From Cycas panzhihuaensis (Eukaryota; Plantae; Cycadophyta), in assembly GCA_023213395.1 (NCBI GenBank), contig CM041465.1, positions 147,629,741 to 147,693,740 of the forward strand: DNA of 64,000 nucleotides. The letters run 5' to 3'. Positions 13,319-26,199 of this stretch are shown in pieces; the first letter of the stretch is position 1; each line of letters begins with the position of its first letter. Both the position numbers and the translations under genes were made by a program. Below the pieces are notes generated by a model, which was not told the DNA's origin, did not search any database, and saw only the letters and a list, made by a program, of their open reading frames with translations.

Positions 13319-14568
13319 TGTATCCAATAAATTTGTAATTCTTAGCCTTCATATAGCCCTGCGTTGTTGACTAGATGATGTTGAATCTTCAAGGGAAAGA
13401 CTCCTATAGTTAATACAACTTGAAGAGACATGCAACATGGTACTATGGACGTATAACTTATTGAAAAGGACTGGCAAAAGGCGTGGTATGATCACCGCAT
13501 TTAGGCACTCCAATTCCTATAAGTTAATAAGGTGCTTGTATATGATAAGAAGCTCAAAACACATCTCGAGAAGTTAGAAATGCGATTGATGGGACCTTAT
13601 GATGAAGTAGTCAAAATTTATAACAATGGCTTCATACAATTAATAGAACTTGATGGGCCCATACCATCAAAAGTTGTAAACAACAACAAATTAAATCCCT
13701 ATTACATTTAGGATTGGCAATTCCTTGGAACCAACCAAGTTGAGTGTGTATTAATGTGTTGCCCAAGTTGGGGACAATTGAGGTTGCCCCAATATTAGAA
13801 AGTTTCATTCATCTTGTATTATGTGAATAAGAAAGTCAAAAAATAAAAATAAAAATCCATGAGTCACCATCAAACACATAAACAACACCAACAATCCATT
13901 ATTGTGGCAAATTACAAGTTGGTTATAGAGCCAAGTTGATTACATGATGAGACATTCCGCTACAATGAAGATGCTGTTCTAGTTGAGAGAACCACTGTTC
14001 TAGTTCAATAAAGCAAGTGTTATAGATTTTTACAAGAAACGTTCCTAAGGCATTTTAAAGTGCCTTGTGGAAGCTATCCGTGCATTTTGGAACGGCTTGT
14101 TGATAAAAGAAAATTAAAAAATGAAAAATTTGTGTGCATTCCCTGAACTATGTTTGTGGGAACACCTCCAGTAATGTATCAAGTTCTGTAGGAAATAAAA
14201 GCCCAAATGGATGTCATTTTTCATAAATCAAGTCGGAAAATGAGAGCGACCTTAAGGCAAAAAGGAAACTGCTAAAATCTTAGCTCCACAACAACATTCC
14301 ACTATACGTTTGTCGCAGGAACATAGGAATGCTTGTAGAATTGCATTCTAGGGCAGTCCGAAGTGCTCCAGTGATGGATGGGCGATTTTCTATAGGGAAA
14401 CATAACATTCTAGCACAAAGATAGAGGCGTTCCAAGCCACTACAACATAGGTTCTCTAAAGTCAGCATTAATCATATAAGTTGACAAGAAATTTCTATTA
14501 TTTCTGTTCTGCAAGCATTCCAAAGTATTTCTTGTATTTCAACTATGTAAGGAGGAAACAAGGGTAAA

Positions 14569-15750
14569 ATGAAGACAATATAAATCCAGGAGACATTTTT
14601 GCCAAGGTTGAAAAGGGAGTATGATGCCATGCCAAAAAACTTCAAAACCACTATAATTCAGGTAGGGCGGGTGGAGTATATTCATTTTCCACCATTATAT
14701 TAGCATAAAGAAGTAATGCAGTAGATAATTGAGCTAGTAGCTCAAAATATGAATTGAATAGAAATTTTGGTTGGCATTATCAACAAATTAACTAACCTCC
14801 ATAAAATTAGAGAAGTGTCATGTGAAAGCAAAAATTCAAAAGTAGACTAGGAATTGTTAATTCAGTGATTATGCAAATCTAGAGCACAATGCTATTCAGG
14901 AGGAATTAAAGTTTGTGTTTTAATGGACAAAAGACTACAGAGGATAGTACGAATGTTGGTGATGAGATTCCTGTCTTGAAAGATATTCACCTATTACTTA
15001 GGAGGCATGTTGCTAGTACTGATGAAGATACATCAAGGAGAGGTACCGAATTGGAGTGAGTACCTTGCATGCACCATGAACTGATAGCTACAAGAGATGC
15101 AAACTTCTCCACCGTGGTTAAAGTAGCCATTTTTGCTATTAGTGGTATTGCATTACTGGTATTAGGCAGCACAAGAGCCATTGGTGGATGTCAGGAATAA
15201 TGCACCATATTGAAACAATAGTGGGTTGTTGTGTTCCCACATGATATTCAAGATGCAAGAGTTAAGAATCAAGTAAAATTCATAATGTGAAGAATTGTGA
15301 AGTGACTCCAGCAAGAAGCATGAAAAACTTTCTAGCACAGGCCAAAACAGGTGGCCAAAATGAAAGTAAAGAGGCCAAGAGGTCAGAGAGAAGAAATCTC
15401 ATCCTAGTCTAAACAGTCAAGGGAGCTGATGGAATTTGAATAACACACTTCTCTACCTCAACAACAAGTTCGTAGGGAGCATGGGGAAGGATCACCTTGG
15501 GCAAAGGAGCCCATTGGGAATAGAATCTAGTAGATACATCAGTGGTTGGACAAGATTCACATGGAATACTAGGAAAGAATCAGGGTCTTGTAGCAGGAAT
15601 TGGCACAAAAGAATGTGGAAATTGAAAACCTAATGAAGTTAAATGAGGACATGGCCATGTGAGCTCAAGACCAAGAGGAAACTATACAATGGCTAGGGAA
15701 TGGCATAACCATGAGGGAAACACAATTCAATGAGCTCCAAGAGTAGTTTG
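14569..15750 (+). pseudogene. Decayed copy of the Gypsy 3' accessory ORF
   Basis: Manual translation MKTI*IQETFLPRLKREYDAMPKNFKTTIIQVGRVEYI and GEVPNWSEYLACTMN**LQEMQT aligns with 43866-44430. Confidence 0.75.
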
Positions 15751-17232
15751 AGAGAAGCTAGGGGGAGGATAGCCCTGCCAAAAACAAACTTTTTTGGCAG
15801 CTTTTGGTAAATTGGCATCAGAGGACACATTTTGGGTTTAGAGCAAGGATGCTCAACAAATTTTGAACCCCTGAATAAATGTATGCAACAAAGTTGGGCA
15901 CATGGGCACTTAACCTAAGGAATAACTGGAATGGAGAGAAGGGACAGGGAATGGTGAAAGGAACACAAAAGACAATTGAAACACAAGAATAGCGTAAAAG
16001 AATGCTCTCAGGGAATGCCTGAAATGTGTGTTGGGAATGCAAGAATGCAACTACAAGTTAAGAACACATACAAGGGAATGCATATGACAATTAGGAACAC
16101 ATAGAAGGAATGCACAACAAAGTTAACGATTGATTGAAAATTGGTCAATGTTCAATGAATAGGACTATAGCAGGATGACATCAGTATCTGCATGAATGTA
16201 CGAAGATGTCAAGAGGCACCATTAATTGTTGTAATTAATTGTAATTGTGTTAATTGTCACCAAGGATCAAAGGTTTTGTACCAAAGTTGTACCCTTTTCT
16301 ATCAAGTCACTTGTAATTGGGTATATAATGGGTATTTCACACCCTGGCTCAGTGTGACAGCCAATTGAATCAATACAACCCAAGCAAGGCACAGCCTAAT
16401 GACATGTGTCCATTGATTGTTTAATATAGTAACAAGTTATGAGGCAAATGTTTTAAGATGCTGCATGGTTTAGTATGTTGCTTGTGATTCCTATTGGCAT
16501 TTTATTATGAATGTATGAAGACTAACTTGGACATAGTCATTGAAGACATGAGTGTGGAGTATTTGAGGACAAATTGAAGGACACATAGTAGAAGCACGAA
16601 TGAGCAGCCTTGGGATAGTCGGTCTCATAATATTTATGATAGCAGTTTTATCTATGATGCACACTCTTTGTATTTTTTTGGACAATTATAGATATGTGCA
16701 CTTAAAAGAATAAGAAATAAAATAGAATCCTTATTATTATTATTATCATCAATATTATTATTTTGAACATCTTGAATGATTGCATTTTTTCTAATTTTAT
16801 TGCTCCAATCATATTTTTCTTTTTTCCAAAGATGGCTACCGGGCTACCAGGCATTTAGAGCATTGAATATGTTTTGCATTTCATGTGATTATGATAGGTA
16901 TGACACTCCTTGTTCCCTTTTTCTTTTGTATTGTAATGACGTGTTTTCTTTTCTAAGGTATCGAACTTACAATTGCTAGCTAGACTATGTATCATTCCTT
17001 TTTCTGGCTTAGAGTGATTTTCATGGGTTTGGCATATTTATTAAGAACTATACTAGTCTTTCCAGGATGGCTTCAAAATGAATATAACATGCTTTTCTTC
17101 TTAATGCTCCATTATTGTGGAAGTATGAGTAATGTGATCCATGTTATAGTCAAACATAGAAACAAGAAAGGAAGGCACCATTTGTGCAGGTTAAGCTTTT
17201 GGACGAGTTATTGATATCTGTTTCTTTTGCAG

Positions 17233-17477
17233 ATATTTGCACAACTTCGGAGTCTTGTTGGGACAGTGAATTTTGTAGGTACCGATGGTCTGTCTTGGAC
17301 GCTACTGAGGTCAAGAGAAGAAGACAGTGAAGGCTATGATCCATCAGAGGTTGAAGTTATGGCTGAACATCACAGCAAGCTCTCTGTTGCTCTCACTGTA
17401 ATGCATGAGTGTTTTGTACCTATCATTGAACCTAGAACAAAAAAGGATCTCATAACAGAAGTCATTTTCAACAAAGG
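17233..17477 (+). CDS. Host gene exon: IDM1-like PHD-finger/GNAT histone acetyltransferase family, C-terminal domain
   Basis: Acceptor TTTTGCAG and donor GG|GTGAGT. Peptide IFAQLRSLVG...GLSWTLLR...HHSKLSVALTVMHECFVPIIEPRTKKDLITEVIFNKG is typical of the IDM1-family C-terminal region. Confidence 0.9.
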
Positions 17478-17825
17478 GTGAGTCACTTATACCTCGTTTG
17501 GCAAATATGATATCCAAATCTGTTGTGGTCAACAACGTTGGACTAGAAGTCTCCAGTGTATTCTTTTTTGCATAAATGTGAGCAATTGTATGATGCATTC
17601 TCATCAAGGTCACAAAATACACGTCCCGTTTTGTATGGTGGACCTAAAATATGGAATGAAAACAGTTGATGGAAAATATACAGTGAGTATAGATAGAATG
17701 TAAATACAAAATTAGTAACATTAATAATATAGAAATTCAAAAGAGTTCAACAAAATGTCAAGTTTTCAAAATCCTTATAGGAAACATGAGTCTATCACAA
17801 AATGAAAGTCTTTAGCCCTTTAGAT

Positions 17826-17892
17826 TCTCTCTCTCTTTCTCACTTTCTCTCTATATATAGATATTTATGTATGTATGTATGTATATATATCT
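17826..17892. repeat. Compound microsatellite (CT)n/(TA)n/(TATG)n in an intron
   Basis: ctctctctctc...tatatatag...tatgtatgtatgtatgtatatatat. Confidence 0.85.
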
Positions 17893-20003
17893 CACTATGG
17901 TTGAAGATGAGAAAGCACACAGGAGGTTGAAGATGCTAGGAAAAAAAATTGAACAGTACCCTAGAAAAAAAAAGAAAAGAAAAGAAAAGAAGACAACGGC
18001 GCAAATTTGAACACTGAAACCATCCATCTCCCAACTTGGACTTGTATTAGATCATGTTCTGCTATTTGTATTATTTATGCCATTTTAAAATATTTCATAT
18101 TACATTTGTATTATATTAGCTAAAATTACATTTACATCGAACACTAGTTGCTTAAGAATTGATCTATCTTTATTTTAATCTTTTACATATAGACTGATTA
18201 TATGGAACCCAATTATTGACCATGGGCTTTAGCTAGTTTTTATTGAAGTTTTGAGGTTTCCTTTAATACGGTCAATGCTTGTTGAATGGATGATAAAATG
18301 CACTTTTACCATTTATTAAATGGTGGGGCCTGAAAAGAGAATGAAAATGGTTTTGGAGTCGTCACCCACCATTCTTTGTCACCTTGTTTCAAGTGGTGCA
18401 AGGTTTCAATGGTTCATGGTAAGTAACATAGTGTTCCTGTTAGTTTCTTTCTTCAGTTGACTGTTGTTGTTGTCAACAGGCTTTTGTTTTTTGGTTTTCA
18501 ATTTGATTTTTTAAATTTCATTTTCAGCCTTTATTGTCCTTGCTTTTGCTAACTCGGAATTCTCATCGAGTACATACATTTTAGACCCAAATTATCTATC
18601 ATTCTGGCTTATTTGTAGAAAAAATAAAGTATGCTATACTGGAAGGCAGCAAGTAGAATTCCCTGGGTTGAATTCAGTATAAGACGGTTGAAAACACTTT
18701 GAAGTTTTGATATATGGTCAAAATGGTTTGCAAGATTTAGAGGCAAAGATGGCTACCTGGAGGCCAGTGTCCTCTAGATTATCATGAACACTTCTGGCTT
18801 ATCATGACTGGTATTAAGAGGTCTTTTATTGCTGAAAGATAAAGAACTAAAATAAATTTCAAATCATTGTAAACCTATTTAAGGATAATTTAATAGCTAT
18901 GGTTCTAAATTCTAGACAGGAGAAAATAATAATTGAGCAACCACATTATATTGGAGATTTGTTGATGTTGAAGAGATAATCTGTATATAGCAATCTGGAG
19001 AATTCTTGGCACCACATTCCAATCTACCCCAACGAGTTTTGCAGTAAATACCATTAGCCCCCCGTCCATAATGTGTTCCTTAAACAAAATTTGCAATTTC
19101 AAAATCCACCAAAACTTTGCATATGTTTACCATCCACCCAATAATATTTTGGTGGTATTGTGGTGGTTTGGAATGCTATATTCTCAACCCTAAAAGTCGA
19201 AATCATTAAGTTGAATGCATTGAATCTGATTGCTTTCCGTTTGTTTGTTTCTTTCACTACCAATATTTATAGTCCAAATGAATGTATTGAATTTTGGTTA
19301 TGAATCACGAATGATGTAATCCCTAAAGCACCCAATTTCTGATTTCTTTAGGTAAACCTGATCGATCTATCCATCTTGAAAATGTTTGTCCGTTAACGTT
19401 TCCCCATGCTTTCTTGTACTGATGTGTAACCATGCCTGTATGCATAACTATGTTCAACAGGGCTTCAAAACCGTTTAAGAGACAATTGTTTAACCCATGG
19501 ATTGATCATATGACAATGCTGTACAATAGTGCTTATTTTCCTTCCCTTTCTTTTTATGTAACTTCATTTCTTCTCACCTCTATGCAACCACTGGACTACA
19601 AAATGACCAGATCACAACTGGTAAGCTTGAGCACTATGGTTTAATGGTGTTGAACATTGAATCTGAAGAAGCAGGAGTGGATGTGTATTATGCTTCCGCA
19701 TAATTAAGCTTGATGGTCCTTATACACAGGTTGTAGCTTCAAATTCTTGCTTTAGCGTAATTGTTTTGTTCTGCAATAGTATCCTCCTGAGGGTCATGTG
19801 GTCGTACCATTCAGTTTTCTTATTTATGGCTGAAATCCTTTGCTTAAATGCTGTATTATATCTTGAAAATGCTGCCCTTTTTAATCAGTTCTTGTATCAT
19901 GGTATTATGTTTAAAAAGCACATCATAGGTAAATTTGTAACTTTAAAATACAGGTATCTGGCACCCATACGATTTAAGTGTTGAATTTTTTCTGCACCCT
20001 CAG

Positions 20004-20090
20004 GTCAGATCTGAATCGGTTAAACTTTCGTGGTTTCTATACAATGATACTAGAAAGGGGAGACGAACTTATTTCCGTGGCAACAACAAG
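20004..20090 (+). CDS. Host gene exon (IDM1-like GNAT): [29 protein letters not shown]
   Basis: CAG acceptor at 20001-20003 and AG|GTAAGT donor. Phase matches the previous exon. Contains the conserved RLNFxGFYT motif. Too short for the ORF track. Confidence 0.92.
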
Positions 20091-20239
20091 GTAAGTTGTT
20101 TTTGAGTGCTGTTTTGTGTGCATCTTCCAGTTTATTCCATTGTGCTTGTTTTTCCTGTTTCTTTCAAACCACGGATACGTATCTTAGTTGAATGCTAAAT
20201 GCTGAATTGATGGCTGGGTGCCACTTCTCATTGATGTAG

Positions 20240-20339
20240 GGTTCATGGAGGAAGGGTGGCAGAAATGCCTCTGATTGGCACTCGTGTTGAATATCGTCGT
20301 AAAGGAATGTGTCGCCTTCTTGTGAATGAACTTGAAAAG
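20240..20339 (+). CDS. Host gene exon (IDM1-like GNAT): [33 protein letters not shown]
   Basis: TAG acceptor and AAG|GTATAT donor. Contains GNAT acetyl-CoA-binding motif A (YRRKGMC). Confidence 0.92.
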
Positions 20340-20450
20340 GTATATTTATGTGAAGCTTACAAGTTCTAACCCTCAATTGTGTGGTTGTGAATGTGTGGCG
20401 TGATTCAAGTGATGAATGCTCATTTTATCTCTGCCTTTGTGGCATATCAG

Positions 20451-20655
20451 CTCCTTCGTTCATTAGGGGTGGAAAAGTTGATTTTGCCCGCGGTTGCTGA
20501 GCTGAAGCAAACATGGAAGACTGCATTTGCATTTCAGGAAATGACTGCTGCTGAGAGATTAAAGCTGCTAGAACTCAATTTTGTGGGTTTTCCAGACACA
20601 ACAGTAATGCAGAAGTTTCTTGTAGAAGCAAGTGCAGAGCAGGAACCAATGCCAG
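20451..20655 (+). CDS. Host gene exon (IDM1-like GNAT): LLRSLGVEKLILPAVAELKQTWKTAFAF...FPDTTVMQKFL
   Basis: CAG acceptor at 20448-20450 and CCAG|GTGCAG donor. Contains the conserved LGVEKLxLPA and FPxT...QK motifs. Confidence 0.9.
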
Positions 20656-20761
20656 GTGCAGCTTGATCTGGTTGCTACACATTTAATTTTCTTCTAGGTC
20701 TTCAGTGATAATTAGCCTATTTTATTCACTGACACTTTGGTATGCTTTGCTTGTTTAACAG

Positions 20762-21144
20762 CAGCAGGCACCAATGTAAATGGAGATGAATTGCTGCATC
20801 TTAGTCTAGTAGGCAGATATGAAGGAATTGAAATTCAGAAAGGAAGAGACGGTGAAAATATTGAACTCGATTCATGTAAAATAGGATCTTCTTATTCTGA
20901 AGTTGTAGAGACTGTGACTCCCATCCGAAGTTTACCGTATGATGCACACACTTGCCCATTGTGGCATGGTAATGCTGGAGGAGAAGGCTGCTTTAATGAC
21001 AATAAAATGGAAGGGTCTTTGTTAAAAGGTCGTTGGCACAACGTTCCAAGTTCTGTTGCGAAGAAAAAGTCCAAAGGTCAAGAAAATGCAATGATGGATG
21101 CTAATTGTCAGACTGCGTATGTTTTTATCTCCTTGCCATTCTAG
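20762..21144 (+). CDS. Host gene exon, poorly conserved C-terminal tail; ends either at the TAG at 21144 or at a donor after 21116
   Basis: A phase-1 join to the AACAG/CAG/CAG acceptor gives the 20737-21144 ORF frame. Candidate donor GC|GTATGT at 21116/21117. Confidence 0.65.
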
Positions 21145-21649
21145 ATTTTTTTCTGTGTGGTCTTTCATGCAACTGCAATATGTTCAAATGTGGTTTCACA
21201 TTGAGTGGATGTAGGATGTAGTTGAATTAATCCTTAAAGTGCTTATCTGATAATTAGTGGTGTGGGGTTCTATTCTTAAAATTTGTGCACCCCCTTTTGC
21301 ACTAGGTCCATGAGATTTTAGCACCTTTTTAACTGCGCTTTTAGTTATATTAGAGGCTAATTTCTGTCTTCTGCCTCTAGGAGATTATTGTCCCTAATGA
21401 ACCCTGCTTCCCTTGTAAAAGAAGTTGATTACCAAGGTGCCTCTTCAATGGGTCTATTAAACTACTTAACGAGATACTTATGAATTTCCCTATTTCTTAG
21501 CCTCCTTATCCTCTTGTCCATTGCCTTTACTGCATCATTCGTGCCTTGCTCCCACTGCTTGGCGTTTACACACATTGGCATTTTATTATCAAATTTAGAT
21601 AATGCCTTCTTTTAGCAAGTTCACCTGAAATATGGGATGTATTTTAACA

Positions 21650-22480
21650 TGCATCAGAAGCTCCATCCTATATGCAACATCATTCACCTTCTCAAGCACT
21701 CAAAAAGGTCCTCAATGTCTTAGGAACAATTTGGCATACTTACCTGCGAAAAGGGATGAATTGAGTTTAACCCTCAAATAGACTTTATCTCCAACCTCAG
21801 TTCCTTGGATATATGTTTTGATTAGCTTAAGCTTATCCCTTTATTGTGCCCTTTTAATTGTATTCTACCATTGTCCCAGCTCATCTTACATATTTTGCAA
21901 CATTTTTATTGACATTTGAGTTTTGTTAGTATAAGTGTTGAAATCCAATTCCAGTGGAATTATTGGATCATAGCCATATAGGGCTTTGAATGGTGTCATC
22001 CCAATGGTTGAGTATTTGCTATTATTATATGAAAACTCAACGTGTGAAGGACTTTGTTCCCATGCTTTGGTCCTGAGAAAGAAACTCTTCCTCGCCACTT
22101 GAACCATAGGCGGGGCAACTTGCTTGCTTAATTGCAACATGTGACCTAAGGATGCCTCCCTTTCCAGTGGAATTATTGGATCATAGCCATATAGGGCTTT
22201 GAATGGTGTCATCCCAATGGTTGAGTATTTGCTATTATTATATGAAAACTCAACGTGTGAAGGACTTTGTTCCCATGCTTTGGTCCTGAGAAAGAAACTC
22301 TTCCTCGCCACTTGAACCATAGGCGGGGCAACTTGCTTGCTTAATTGCAACATGTGACCTAAGGATGCCTCCCTTTGCTTGATTTATTCATTCTGTTTGC
22401 CCATCAATTTATGGATAATCTCCCCTACTATAACACAATTCATTTCAAGGACTTATAGAGTTGTTTGTTAGAAAATGGTG
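21650..22480 (-). mobile_element. Decayed Ty3/Gypsy integrase fragment
   Basis: EFSYNNSKYSTIGMTPFKALYGYDP; EVGDKVYL-like motif near 21800. Confidence 0.75.
21949..22376. repeat. Perfect 213-bp tandem duplication
   Basis: 21951-22163 and 22164-22376 read identical by eye, with TT microhomology at the junction. Confidence 0.95.
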
Positions 22481-22599
22481 GGTTTGATATCATTTAACCA
22501 AATGACTTTAAACAATTTCAAACGCTCACATGTGCACAATTTCTTTCAAATAAATTGAGGTAGAATTGGTTTACTAGTAGGTATTTTCAATATCTTAAA

Positions 22600-25490
22600 C
22601 GCTCAGTACATAATGATCATCATTGGGATAATACATTATGGATTCATTGACAACTCACTCAAACTCTCATCAACTTGACATAATGACATACCTATGTATA
22701 AATGACACATTGTGCCTCATATTCGACCGCTGGCATGACACCACTAATTGACCAATGGAATTTGATCTCTATGTGAGGCAATCACATTTAAGGCTCATTA
22801 AAGACCCTCTAAGTGACTCTAAGTGCCTAAGTACACAACTTAATTTATGCCCCCTAAAGACTTAGACACACAACTAAACACCTAGACAAATATGTAAACA
22901 TTAATTTTGACGCTTCCTCTTAGCATTTACACTATTTGACTATACTCCGATGCCTTTTGTAAAATTCTTGAACTTGTCACGAGTCAATAGCTTGGTGAAG
23001 ACATTTGCATTTTGCTAATTTGTCAACTTGTAGATGGGTTCTATTTCTCCTGTTGAATCTACTTCCTGATGAAATGATGATGGACCTCGGTGTGTTTTAT
23101 GCGAGTATGATAAATTGGATTCTTTGCAATCTTAAGTGCACTTTATTGATCACAGTACAACTTAGTTGCACTTTCTTGATGAAGTCCTAAACCTCCCAGT
23201 AACCTTTTCAACCACACTACCTTGCATGTTGCTAACATTGCTACGTTGTATTCTACTTATGTTGATGACAATGCTATGGTTGGTTGTTTTTTGCTACTCT
23301 AAGAAACTCTTACTTTACCCAACCTAAAACAATATCCATATGTTGAATGTCTGTTGTCAACACACCCTGCCCAATCTAAGTTTGAGTATCCTTGCAACTT
23401 AAAGTCTTCACATTAAGTGAATTCAAGTCCAAATTGTAAGGTTCCCTTTAGGCACATGAGAATATGCTTAGCTGTTATTCAATGGCTATGTATTGGATTC
23501 TGCATGAACCTTGACATAACCCCTATTGAATATGCAATATCTAGCCTAGTTGTTGTTAAGTAGAGCAAACTTCCCACTAGCTTCCTGTATAGAGTTCCAT
23601 CTATTGTTCCCTAGTATCTTGATCTAAAAGCTTTAGTCCGATTTCCATTGGAGTTGGAACTAATTTGCAGTTCTCCATTTTGAATTTCTTCAATTGTTCC
23701 CAATATACTTTGTTTGTGAAATTAAGGTTTTTCCAAGTGTTTGTTAAACTTCTACTTTAAGAAAATAATGAAGACCTAGATATGTTTCAACAATCTCGAA
23801 TCCACATGCAAAATTGAAATGTTCCAATATGGGTTTCATGCAAATTGCGAAACCACACTTAATTTCTTGTCATGTGCTTAGTCACACTCGAATCCACATA
23901 CCAAACATCATCAATTTTATTTGTTGTGGCAAGCAACAACCGCTCCTCTTGTGCATCTTCATGAGCTACATTACTTGATTGCTTTTTCTCGGCCCTTTGA
24001 ACATATAGCAATTTCTAGCATTCATGCTAAATATGACCCAAGTTTTCCATAATAATAACACTTAAATCGCTTCGACTTATTTTGTCCTTGTGCAAAATTT
24101 GAAGGACCTTGCCTTGGACTTTGATTTGGATTTGGTCCTTGTCTTGGACCTTGATTTGGATTTATTGCAACCTTAGTTTCCCCATTACTCTTCATTGATT
24201 TCCTCCCCTTCATCTTAGCCACAAAAGCGTTAGATAATTCTCCATCACTTCTCCTACCTAGTATTTGCTCATGCTACAGTAATAACCCTTCAAATTGGTT
24301 GAAAGTCAATGCGTTCATATTATGGGACATTGGCAAACTTGTGATGAAGCTATTAAATGACCTATAGGAAGACTCTACAAGGTTGCGGTAATCAACTCAC
24401 GATGGAGCCTTTCTACCTAAGACTAGATGGTTGATTCTTAAGCATGATAGCACTAGCATCATTTTTATTTTGAACTATGTTACTAAGCTTACCCAAGCTT
24501 CTTTTGTTGTCTTAACACCCTTCATAGCAAGCCTATCCTTCCTGCCAAAGGCATCTATAGCTCCTTGATCATGTTGTGGATGAGCGGTAGTAATCACATC
24601 GGATAAATCATTCACAAGAAATTTGTTCTCTATTTGGTGTTTCCATATCCCATAATTATCAATTCCATTCAACTTTTCAATAATAACATTCATCACATTT
24701 GTAGCCATAGTTATGAAATTTATTTAAACACTACAACAATTAAGTGCAAATATGAAAATGAAATGGAACCAAGTGCATTCCAATCCACAAATCAATACAC
24801 CAATCGCAAATCCTCACCAGGAGCCCTCAAAACACACTCTTGAACCTCAAACTCAGTCCATTCTAAAAAAAATAATGATTTTATTAAGATTTGAGTCTCT
24901 TTTGGTCTTCGACCAATTTTTTGAGCCAATTTTCGGTGGTGCAAACAATTGCTTTTGCCAGTACAATGTGCATGAGATAGAAAATTTTCAGTGTGATCTG
25001 CATAAAAATTTGAGTATTGAAAAATTTTGACTCCTTATTTTTTCAGAATTATAAACAACCTACTCCAATCTTTAGAAAATGACTTAACACCTTGTCTGCC
25101 AATATGACTAGGGGCTATAGGCACAAAGGAGCTCTAGACTCCAAAGTTAAATTGAAGACCATTTAATTAAATGGAACTTAGGGTAAAATCATATGCCAAA
25201 GTCAAAATTCCTTTTTCATCCATCTGTCAATTTTCAAATTTGTAGGCAACTTTAAATTCACGATTCAACAAATTTTCAATGTCATCTTGCGAGCTTTCGA
25301 TTTGAGTTCTTGTCTATGAATGCTCTCTTCTTCTCAACTTGAAGTTCACAAACTAGACTTTGACGAAAATACAAATTTTTGAAATACACTCGTCGATTTG
25401 TTGTGTCTAAATTTTACTTGGGCTTGCGATCTCGAATCAATGCTTGGTGGGCTTACACAAAATTGTCCCTATGCCTCTGCTTTCACGCAT
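22600..25490 (-). mobile_element. Internally deleted Ty1/Copia relic (gag-PR fused to late RT-RH, PPT, 3' LTR)
   Basis: Gag EKLNGIDNYGIWK (~24680); knuckle CYYYGKLGS; protease WYVDSSVTKHMT (~23900); then directly late RT (YRKLVGSLLYLTTTR) and RH. PPT ~22913-22922. Outer boundaries approximate. Confidence 0.8.
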
Positions 25491-26199
25491 TCTTCACAAA
25501 CTTCTCAGCCATGAGCATGTTAGAAATTAACGTTTGTATAGGACAGAATAGGGTTGGTGAGTCATCAAGTCATCATTAGCTTAATGACGTGTTGTAGGAG
25601 TTACTAAAGTTTTTAATGGACATATGACACTTGTCAGGGCAATTACGAGTCTTGTTTGGACCATTATCTATCCCGCTTGTATTTATGTGTATAGGACTAT
25701 ATTTTGTATTGAAGGAAGTCATTCCTGATGAATGAAATTAGTTTTTGAAGGTAGACTAATCCTATTTGAAACATATGTTCAAATTTTGTATTGGCTCCCA
25801 TTTGATCCTTAAAAATCTCATTTGGTCTCAGAGCCCATTACTGTGGGTTGTCAATTAATTTTTCAACCCGGGATTTAAGAAGCCAATTGATGTGTAGGTG
25901 ATTTTAGTTGTGGTTCAAATACAAGGTATGCTATGATCAGTTGCTTGTTATATGGAAAATTTAGAGAGTTAGAAATTTGTGACTTTCTGCTAGAGGTTGT
26001 GAAATGTTTTTGGGATTCATTTGCACATCTCTATTTCTTGAATTTGTGCATTCAAATTTTGTGGAGAAAATTTTTGAAAAGGAGGGGCAATGAACTCAGA
26101 TTACCTATTTGCAGGCAAGGGAGAGCTATTAAGTTGAATTGTAGGTGCCTTTAAGATTTCCACAGTCTTAGGTTGACTATATTCTAAGCCAAAACCTGA

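Larger units (their letters stand above)
9574..16400 (+). mobile_element. Old, heavily decayed Ty3/Gypsy element (RT, RH, INT, accessory ORF, 3' LTR), same lineage as 35354-45859
   Basis: VSPIMVVPKKNGKI, KKDPFPIPFT, SFTDGFSEYN, IFLDDW and FHAYVDA align with the intact copy. The integrase GPY region ends ~13710, the accessory-ORF relic starts at 14569 and the LTR starts ~15880. The right end is approximate. Confidence 0.85.

Noticed and set aside
17542-18237. Possible Helitron/MITE in the host intron (ACTAG... / ...CATGGGCTTTAGCTAGT)
   Set aside because: CTAG ends are present, but I could not establish a clear subterminal hairpin, TIRs or a target site.
20391-20450. ORF-track N-terminal extensions of host exons (also 17227-17232 and 20737-20761)
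   Set aside because: They lie upstream of canonical acceptors and are intronic.
21886-22353. 155-aa ORF made of two 71-aa repeats as a novel repeat protein
   Set aside because: It is a product of the 213-bp DNA duplication over a Gypsy integrase relic.
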